DNA of 63,847 nt, the filler included, from Folioceros fuciformis (Eukaryota), in the NCBI GenBank assembly GCA_049999805.1. It is 3 parts of 2 records of this genome, joined end to end, with 100 filler letters (N's around TTAATTAATTAA, not from the genome) between each part and the next. Parts side by side here need not be neighbours in the genome. Positions count along the whole stretch, not along the records: positions 1 to 29,156 come from JBNGIO010006249.1; positions 29,257 to 61,130 come from JBNGIO010006249.1; 1 more part is not named here. One strand, given 5' to 3'. The position numbers and the translations under genes were made by a program. This document shows positions 25,904-35,259 of this stretch, one piece after another. The first letter of the stretch is position 1. Every line of letters begins with the position of its first letter. Under the pieces are notes generated by a model. The model searched no databases. It had not been told where the DNA came from and saw only the letters and a program-made list of their open reading frames with translations.

Positions 25904-27075
25904 TAAGTCGGTTTGGTTGATCCCGATTCAACAGTTTTGTACGTGGAACGGCTCGAACCTCCGTCACGAAACAGGCATCCTATCTTTTATCTTCTCTGGC
26001 CGGATGATCCTCGTAACCTGTCCCAACAAGGAGGCACTATCCGAGCCATCCTATTGCTGGCAAAGACATGTTGAAGGAATATCATAACTTAATTTGTTTT
26101 CGTTCTCCAGAAGTGCCAAATGCCAGGAAGCCCAACGAGTGCACCCGCAGAAAGCATGAAGCCGCCTGGGAGCAAAGTAGCAGGTCATTCACCACAGCTC
26201 CGTATGTACACCACGGTGGGGAGGAATCGCACCATCTTCATCAGAGATGTAGTGGGCTGCACTTTCATAGTGGCCCAATTACGAGCCGGAGGCGCAGAGG
26301 GACCGGCCCATTCAGGTCGGCAATCTGCATCCCGAATCGGGTTCGTCACTGTCTCGGTCGACCGCACCATCTGCTAGCGCACTTCAGTTCCCCTCCGAGT
26401 TACGCTACGTGCCGCGGTTGTCGAAAGGGGGTCGCCAAGCCCAGCGTGTTCAATTGCGATACCGAGGAACGGAATGGGTAACAGTCACCTCGATGTCCAC
26501 CTACCTGCCACGCAATGGTGCCCGGACTAGACTGGGTGAGCATATCCGCGGCGTGCATGGCTTTCTCTACGCCCCGAGCACCAGCGGGATGAGTTCGTCA
26601 CCGAGAACCCTCGTGGGGACGTGATTGTGGGTCAGCCGATCCGAGCATGCAGTTTCCGCGACTCTCGTGACGGGATAAAATTGCCTGTGGATGAAGACTG
26701 GCATCAAGTTGTACATACTGTTCCAGTCCAAACCTGATGAGGTCCCTGCGGGTAGGTACAGTGTGTTTCTGTGGCTTAATTTTATGCCCAGGGATCTGAT
26801 TATACGAAATCGAGCCGCTCGGGTTTGAGCAGCCACTTTCTGCCCTAACTGGGAGCCACGGGCCTGGAATATACTCAGCGAATGCAGAGATCGGGTGTGA
26901 GGTGGGATTGGCGTCTGGGAGTCACGGAGATTTGGGGCTTTGGTCTGGCCTGCTGAGAGGGAGCTTGACGTTGTAGCTGCTGGATGCTCTGGAACTGGAG
27001 ATCACAGTCTCATAAGGTCGGGTTTGATGATGCAGGACTGCTGGAGTTCGGATTAGCTTGGATTGCGACGGCAGG

Positions 27076-27783
27076 ATGGGGACGATGAAGGTGCAAGTCT
27101 GGAAGGCTCTTGTGCGCTCCATGCATAACACGAGCTTTGCGGAGCTCTTTCGCAAGAGCAATTCCAGCTTCAGCCCTATTCGTGGCAAGGCTGTTCAGTG
27201 CACGGTGAGGCCCTTGCCTCAAAATATGGTGGAGGTTGATACAGGGTTGAAGGTGCCGATTGTCTGTTTTCAACATGAGATGGGAACCACAGTGACCGAG
27301 AAGACGAAGGTGGCTTTTGGGGTTGAGAATGTGGAATCGTTTGGAGAACCACTGATGCTGTTGCCTAAGCAACTGCAGAGAAAGAACAGGGCTTTGCTAA
27401 CGTGGGAAGAGCTGGAGAAGACATTTAAAGAACGGGGTGTTGTGAAGGGCTTCTTTATGAACAAGGTGAACGGGGGTTATGCCGTGGCCGTAGCAGGGCA
27501 TGTGGCTTTTGTTCCCCGCACTCTCATGAGGCAGAGACGGATCTATCCTCATAACCCGTGGAGAATGTTCAACGTCATCAACATGAACAAGAAGCTCGGG
27601 AACATTGTTCTAAAGGAGGCATTCAACAGAATGGACGCCTTGAACCCTACTGCAAGAAGGCCATGGATATCTGGTGGGGATGGCAGCCGGGGGCCAGGTT
27701 CAACACCTGGTGTGGGAACTGCTCTGTCGTGGGTCCAAACAAACCCGAACTCTCGACCCGGAAGAAGGTCGAGGACTTACTAA
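27076..27783 (+). CDS. rps1: nuclear-encoded mitochondrial ribosomal protein S1, intronless
   Basis: SFAELFRKSNSSFSPIRGKAVQCTV...VEVDTGLKVPIVCFQHE...FGEPLMLLPK...VKGFFMNKVNGGYAVAVAGHVAFVPR closely parallels recalled bryophyte mtDNA rps1. It has a short N-terminal extension and nuclear-like GC content. Confidence 0.88.
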   Translation: MGTMKVQVWKALVRSMHNTSFAELFRKSNSSFSPIRGKAVQCTVRPLPQNMVEVDTGLKVPIVCFQHEMGTTVTEKTKVAFGVENVESFGEPLMLLPKQLQRKNRALLTWEELEKTFKERGVVKGFFMNKVNGGYAVAVAGHVAFVPRTLMRQRRIYPHNPWRMFNVINMNKKLGNIVLKEAFNRMDALNPTARRPWISGGDGSRGPGSTPGVGTALSWVQTNPNSRPGRRSRTY

Positions 27784-28636
27784 TGTCCGACATTGTGTGT
27801 GTTCTTCCGTGCGCTGTTTATATTTCAATTTGTGATCTTTTCGACAATGTATACACACCTCTCGGTAACACAGCGTGTGAAGGCAAGCAGAGGCCTGTCA
27901 GATTTCAACTTCATGCTAGAAAGCCAGGTACAACTTTACTTTGTGGAATGAAATGCACACAGGCTTGTCATCTCCCGCTGTCAGTGATCACTGGAGAGTG
28001 AAATTGAACGCCTTTTCCCACCGGTTCCGAACACCTTGAATAGGGCTGTTAGAAATGTCGAGCTCTGGCTTGACAACCATTCAAACCTAGATATGACTTG
28101 ACGACGACTCAAAAATTGGTTAGAATTTGGCTGAGAGACTTAAGTTGGAATACAGATGGCAAGAGGTGCACAACCGAGCTTCCATTTCATTTCCCCCGTG
28201 TCCTCCAGTACCTCCATTTGTCCACTGTCCATTACAACCTGTCTTCAGCTTCATCTGAGAGTTGGACTACATCCTCGGGAACACAAGGTCAGCCTTTCAG
28301 CTGCGATTCGAGCATCTTCAAGGAGTATGTTACCCGGCATCCAATGCATCCACGGACCTACGCCAGCTGGCGTTCAGCGGGAGTTATTAGCCACCGTATT
28401 TTACCAGTAGGAGCTTATCACAGGCGTTGATCCTCCGGAATGAGTTTGCAGTGGATTTCCACCTCCGTCAGTCAAAAGTTCCCCTGTAGGACGGCGCGTG
28501 CACTTTGAGCGGTAGGCTACTCAACATTTGCCTCAAGGCTGATCGACGCTGTCCACACTCGAAGGCAGCAGTTGATTCAAACTCACTACAGTAGAATCGG
28601 ACCATCCAATTCCCCGACCAATTTACTCGTAAAAGC

Positions 28637-29156
28637 TCAAATCGGAGAGCTTGATTGCACCAAGTCCAGAGCAGTTTGAGACGGCAAACACAAGTCCATA
28701 GAAGAGGGTTGTTCCTTTTCGAGTTCCTGTCCGGCCTTTGCGGTTTCCTGCTCACCATTCACTGCGTTCTGTTCAGCCTCTTTAAATTTCTGTTTGACCT
28801 CTTCTTCCTGTTCAGCCTGTGTAGTTTCCTGTTCAACGTTCACTGCTTTCTGTTCAGCCTCTTTCGATTTCTGTTTGGCTCCTTCTGCTTTTTGTTCAGC
28901 CATTTCGGGTGCTCGATCAGCCGTTTCCGGTGCCTGTGCAGCCATTTCGACTTCCTTTTCAGCCATTTCGACTGCCTGTTCGGCCATCTCGACTGCCTGT
29001 TCGGCCATCTCGACTGCCTGTTCAGGCGTTTCGACTGGCTGTTCGGCCATCTCGACAGCCTGTTCAGCCATTTCGACTTCCTGTCCAGCCCCTTCAACTA
29101 CATGTTCAGCCTTTTCAGGTCCGTCTTCGGCATTCGCAAGTTCCTGTTCAATTTCT
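28637..29156 (-). repeat. 21-nt tandem repeat encoding a heptad (AEQAVEM)n coiled-coil-like ORF, truncated by a gap
   Basis: Repeated TGTTCrGCCATyTCGACTGCC units at about 28890-29080. The frame is open from the gap to a stop at 28637, and no family was recognised. Confidence 0.6.
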
Positions 29157-29256
29157 NNNNNNNNNNNNNNNNNNNNNNNNNNNNNNNNNNNNNNNNNNNN
29201 TTAATTAATTAANNNNNNNNNNNNNNNNNNNNNNNNNNNNNNNNNNNNNNNNNNNN
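29157..29256. other. artificial contig linker (44 N + TTAATTAATTAA + 44 N)
   Basis: Exactly 100 bp, with a six-frame stop linker in the centre. Confidence 0.97.
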
Positions 29257-29440
29257 CGATAGCAATCACGTCGCGGGCGGTAGGAAGGACTCTGTGGACG
29301 GTAGCAAGCACCAAGCTCCGGCGCGGATTCGGGCGCCTTACCCGGCCCCTCGCCATGGCAGGACCGAATATGGGGGCAGGAACGGACCGGCATTGCGTTT
29401 GATAAAGAATGCGGGTCGCAGGCGAGGAGGAGGAGGAGTG

Positions 29441-32400
29441 ATGGAAAGCACGCTCCCTCGCTCCTCGCATTTGGTGTCCGAGATAGAACTGGTGGACGAG
29501 TCGGGGGCGTCGTCTCAGGTGAATGGCGGGGGCTCACTGGCCTCGTCCACGGGGCCGGATGTGAGAGCGCACGCCGTAGCCTCGTCCAATTCAGCTGCTC
29601 AAAGGAGCTCGGACGCGTCCACTAGCTTCAAGGGAGAGCCGGGTCTGTATAAGAAGGTCTTGTACGTGCCGGGGATCTCGCCCTTTCCACATTTCCCGAC
29701 CGGGAGCAGGGCCACTGCGGAGACAGACGACGGGGCTGGATTTTGCTGCTGCTGCTTGCCCCGGGACGCAGGTCTGGATGGGACGTCGGAGGGGATGTCT
29801 AAGCCGGAAGCAAGTCATACAGGGACAAGGAAATCTGATGGGCAGCAGGACGGGGAGCAGGAGGTGGACATCTTGAGGGGACTTGGGGCGTATTGGAGGG
29901 AGTGGGTGATGGGGTTGCAGAGCAGGACGTTTTATGTGGGTGTGCTCTTGGTGTGGGCTGGGCTTGTGCCTGCTTTGGTTTTCGGGACCTGGATGGGTAG
30001 GAAGACCGGGGGTGCTATTGGGACTGCTGAGGTTTTCATGTCCACCTTGGTCTGCGGGGTTTTGTTTGCGGTTTTCGGAAGGGAGCCTCTGGTGATTGTG
30101 GGTGTGACTGCTCCGTCGGCTGTGTTTGTGGCCGCAGTCGCAAGCACTGCCAACAGGTTGTCTGTGGGGTTTGTCCCCTGGTTGGGCTGGATAGGCATCT
30201 GGTGTGCGGGAAGCTTGATGATTCTGGCAGCGTCTCATGCCAGTCGAGCTGCAGCGCATCTGAGTAGGTTCAGCTGGGAGGTGCTGCAGGCTTTCGTGGG
30301 GCTCACTTTGCTCTGGGATGGGACTCAGCTGGTCGTGGAGCTTTTCAGACCTGGAGTTCCCTTGGACGCTGCCATTCTCTCCCTCTGGCTTGCAACCTGT
30401 ACAGTTGTGTTGGCAACGTTTTTGAGCGGAGCGGCTGGTTGGCAGTACCTTAATAGTTGGTGTCTGGAGGCAATACAGTTTCTTGGTCCGGCATGGACGA
30501 TGATTCTCTTCACTGGTATGTGAGACTGCTTCCCTCTTTCATTCTCCTGTAGGAGCCTTGTTGCCTTTCATCACACGCAGGGATGGGGTCTAACTAAAAT
30601 AGCTGCTTCTGCTGGCATGTGTGGAATGCAGCGCTTCCCCTTCTGCCACTCCTGTCGCAGCCACAGCTGCTGCGGGTGGAGATGCCGGACCTGCCGTATC
30701 ATAACAACAGAGTCTCGAAGTTTGGAGCAGTTGTGAGCTTGAGGGCTCTCCCACTGTGGACCATTTTCCTGGCTTTCATTCCAGGGTCTCTGTTGGCCGG
30801 GTTGATCTTCTTCGACCACAACGCATCTTTCCTTTTAGTACAGGTAGCGGTAGCTATCCAGGGTGCGCATATGTTTTGGATTCACCATATTTGGCTCCTT
30901 CGTCTGAGGGCAGATTCTTGGTGTGATGTTATGGAAAGCAGGATGCAAAAGGGAGGAGAGAGTATGATTACAGGTCCAGAAGCTGGGATGTGTTCGTGAT
31001 CGCTGTATCCGTATTGCTGTGCAGTTTCTTCGGTCTGCCTTTCAGCTATGGACTATCAACACAGGTGAGATCCCGTTCGAGCCCACAGACTGTGAGGCAC
31101 ATGCTTCATCTTTCGTTTGGTTTCTGGTCTTCAGTCCTCTATCCAGAGATGTCTTCACCTTCATCCTTCCGTTTGCAGAGCGTTTCGCATACTCAAGCTC
31201 TTGCTTGTAAGAACGATGCGTGTGATCTGGAGAGCCAGCAAAAACCTGCATGTAGAGCACACTACCAGCGTGTCTCAGCTACCATTGTCGCACTGTCTTC
31301 AGGGATTCTGCTTCTCCCGGGGTTTGTGCATCTTGTACGGAAAATACCACAAGGTGTTATTGCAGGCCTGTGTCTGCAGGTAAGTGATATCCGTGGTTCT
31401 GCTCTCGTTGTTGAAAGCCTGCGAATTTTGGACAGCTCAATCCCGTGGAGGTCGCTGAGGGGCAGTCTTTGTGCAGGTCGCTCTCGTTTGCCTGAAGGAC
31501 CTGACGCTCGTTGAAAGGATCAAATTGTTATTCGTGGACTCCATGAAGAATCCGTCTGCAGCAGAGGGATGCAATCTCACAGTTCGTGTGTACAGTATTG
31601 TGCAAGTGTCCTGCATCGTCACCGTGTTTGCTGTCAGCAAAACTGCCGCTGCTCTCCTCTTCCCTCTGTTCTTGCTGGTCACGGTTTGGTTAAGGCACGA
31701 TGTGTTGCACAACTTCTTCTCCAAGAGAGAGTTCCTCACCATCGACAAGCGGCTACTGGCAACCGACATCTTTGAGGGCACTGCTGCAAGTCATCCCACA
31801 GTCGGCAAGACTTCGAGGCGGCTGCGTAAAGGTGGTCCTCACTCTCTGAGGAAGCTTCTTCGGGACAGAGTGGGTGTGTCGGGCCCGGCCGTAGCCTCCA
31901 AACTACACATGCAACTGGACAGCGAGTCTGCGAGGTCGTGTGAGTCACCAGCTTTGCTTGCCATGGCCAGCAAACGGAGACTGAAGGAGAGATCAAGGAG
32001 GAGGAACAAGAGGAAGATGTCGCACGGGGCATCATCCTTCGAGACCACTTCTTCTTCCACCTTCACACTTCCACTGCAGCCCAGTGACATGATGAAGAAG
32101 AAGCAGAAGAGTTCAGCACAGAATTTCAGGCCCAAGGTCACGCCTCACCATGTAGGTTCCAGGTTTGGCAGACAACAGGCCACCCAGAAGAGCAGACGTC
32201 AACAGGGAAGGGGTGGCATAGTCTCCTTTGTGCCGGGAAGAGACTTGAGTCCGTTCGGGGATAACAGTTATCTCCCATCTTCTCAGGTGCACTTCTCTCC
32301 CAAGTCTAAGCAAATTCAAGAGAAGGCTGATGTCCGTATTCCCAGGAGCAGGCCGATGGTGACTTTCAAGCCTGAGACCAGTAGTCCATTCCATCAGTTT

Positions 32401-33654
32401 TCACCCAAGATGGAGATACCACTGCCGTCCAATATCTCCGTGCTCAGACGGAGCCTTCCCAGCCCATTCAGACAGGTGTCACCAAAGTCACAGATGCTGC
32501 ATGCCAACTCTCTCTTCGATCCTCATTGGAAGGACTCTTCACCTCCGAACAAAAGCATGCAGGTCCATGAGAATTTGGCCTTCTTGACAGGCGAGGGCCC
32601 GGCTGCCAAATTTTCTTCTAGGCCGCAGATAGTTGAAAGAAAGAAGGCGGTTCCATCTCCAAGAAAGTCTCCGCTCACTCTCAGGTTCTCTGCCCCACTC
32701 CTACCAAACCAGCCTATGTTGCAGGATCTACAGCGGCCTTGGGAAATGAGCTCATCTGCTTGGACAAGGTCTGCACTTCCTGATCAACTAAGTGCCAGCA
32801 GCTTCCGACTTTGCGGTGACGCTCTTCCTAGCACAGGGGCCAGTGAGATATTGACCCTGGCATTGGCAACTACCGACATGCTTTCCAATGGAGGCAACGA
32901 ACTCTCCAACACTAAGGACTGGAAAGAGGCCAGCTCTGTGCAGCCAGATGATCAAGGGGTGTCTCCGACTGCTGATCCACTACGCAGGGAAGGTGGAAGG
33001 AGTGAAAGGAGGACTCTGTCAGCCAGCTCTGTGACTAGTGGAGATCATCTGCTGGACCCCGAAGGAAAAAGGAGCACCATGGTTCACGGCTGGGAAGCTG
33101 TGACGCATCCTCCACCGGCGGAGGTCCGACCAAGCCGATTCAAGCTGGCAAGCGAAGTCCTATTCGGAGAGACTTCTGGTAGCAGCTTCCATAGCATGGA
33201 GACTGCCTCCAATGGAGTTCTGAGATTGAGAAGAGAGGATGAAAACCGCGCTCTTCTGTCACGTTCGTGGGAAGAGGTTAATTACTCGCCCCATGAGGAT
33301 TTTGCAGACACCAGTAGCAGTTCCCATCCCCAAGCTGCAGACGAGCCTTGGGTGTCCCAGCCTCCCAAGCCCAAATCTCGACCTAAAAGGAAGTCTGGTT
33401 CAGGCAATGAGTCGCAGCAGCAGGGGACCCAATCATCTATGGGTCTGCAGCAGCAAGACCAGCGGCACCTTTCCAGCTCCAGACCCCTTCCGTGGACTCC
33501 TGAGCGGAGTACCAGGAACACAAGACTGCGTTCATCATCGTCGGAGTTCACAGACCAATTTGAGGAGCTTGGGGCTTCCAAGCAACAAAGCCAGCACAAG
33601 CTGCAGAAGTTGCCAAAGAGCCCGCCGGTAACACATCCTTGTGCAGCCTGCTGA
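29441..33654 (+). CDS. divergent SLC4/BOR (HCO3-/borate transporter family) protein with a very long disordered C-terminal tail, multi-exon
   Basis: LVPALVFG...TGGAIGTAEVFMSTLVCGVLFAVFGREPLVIVGVTAP, WIGIW, SRFSWEV, LIFFDHNAS, HTQALA, YQRVSATIVAL, KIPQGVIAGL and AALLFPLFLLVTVWLRHDVLHNFFSKREFLTID, followed by about 630 S/P/R-rich residues. Confidence 0.85.
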
Positions 33655-33939
33655 TCTCTTGCTGATCCTGTGAAATGGGGGGGTTCTCATTGCTCCTGTC
33701 TGTGACACCACAGGTTTGGAGATAGCGACCCACACACCATTTTTTGTTGGACCTTCTCGTTGCGCTTGTAACAGTCTCCACAGCATTAGCAAATGCATTG
33801 AGAGGTAGAGGAAAGATTCCTTGTCGTGGGTAGGTCAGAATCCACACCTCCATCTTCGGCCTTACTGAACAAGCACACCAACACATCCATTTCTCCGCTA
33901 CTTCTAGACCATGTATGCATTCCTTTCGCATATCTGGAG

Positions 33940-35037
33940 ATGAAGTCATCCTCCTTGCGCAGAGCGCTGGCCATTCTGCACCACATCCATCCTCTCGCTC
34001 CTTCGTCTCCAATTCGTTTTCTGTCACCGACGAGTGCGAGCTCCGCCGATGATGGCAGGTTGTCTGAGTGTGGAGCTGGTGAACAACCTCCACAGCGTGA
34101 CGGTGGCCTTGCAAATGCTGACACACCTGGGAAGCAGGACGAGCAACAGCCGAGGAAGAAAAAGGTGGTGCTGGTGATCGGGGCCGGGGACGCGACTGGC
34201 GGGGCTGTGGCTCGAAGGTTTGCCAGGGAGGGTTTTGTGGCGTGTGTGGTGAGGAGACATGCGGATGCACTGCAAGGGCTTGTGGACGATATCCGGCGTG
34301 AGGGGGGACAGGCTCTTGCATACGGAGTGGATGCTCGCAGAGAAGGTATGTGTGTCGTGCAAGATCTGTTTTGGTGGAGATGGAGGTCCGATGGAGTTCC
34401 GGGAATCACAGCTGTGTTGTCATGGGCTCACCGCAGAGGATGTGGTTGCTTTGGTGGAGGGGATCGAGGCTGAGGTTGGGGAAATACATGTGGCTGTGTT
34501 CAACATCGGAGCTAACGTTAATTTCAGCATTCTGGACACCACTGTTAGAGTCTACTTCAAGGTCAGGATTGCTCTACAATCAAGCAATTCTTCTTGTCCG
34601 GCAACTGAGAGCGCTGGTATTGCATCCAGGTGTGGGAGATGGCTTGCTTTTCAGGCTTTTTGATGGGGCGTGAGGTAGCCAAGCACATGGTGAGGCGAGA
34701 GCAAGGAACCATTATTTTTACAGGTGCAACAGCAAGCTTGCGAGGTGGAACAGGGTATGCTGCATTCGCGGGCGCCAAATTTGCGTTGAGGGCCTTGGCA
34801 CAAAGTATGGCAAGGGAACTAGGACCCAGAGGCATTCACGTTGCTCATGTTGTTGTGGATGCGGCTATTCTCACTTCCTGGACTCTGGAAAACGTCAAGA
34901 ATGCTAAGGCAGCAAATTCCAGGGGAGGGTTGGTGATCCCGCCGGACATCGCTGAAGCGTATTGGCAGCTGCATGTGCAGACCAAGACGGCATGGACCCA
35001 TGAACTCGACCTCAGACCCTGGATCGAACCCTGGTGA
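33940..35037 (+). CDS. short-chain dehydrogenase/reductase (atypical FxxxK subgroup) with an organellar presequence, 3 exons
   Basis: VLVIGAGDATGGAVARRFAREG, FNIGANV, FTGATASLRG, YAAFAGAKFALRALAQSMARELGPRGIHVAHVVVD and WTHELDLRPW. Two GT-AG introns at about 34346-34436 and 34562-34629. Confidence 0.92.
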
Positions 35038-35259
35038 ATTTGGCGCTTTCCATACCTGTTCTGTGTCAGATGTGTATCAAATTGTCGAAAAATGTGTTCA
35101 ATAATGCTTTGATGAACACATAGCCGGGATGTCCACAAGCCTCCACCCGGGGTATTATGACCATCCATGTCCATATCTCGGTTTGGAGGAGGGTGGAGTT
35201 AAGCCAGCACCTTCACAACAAAAAGAAAACAATAGCACTGGCGATTTCTTCCATCGTCC

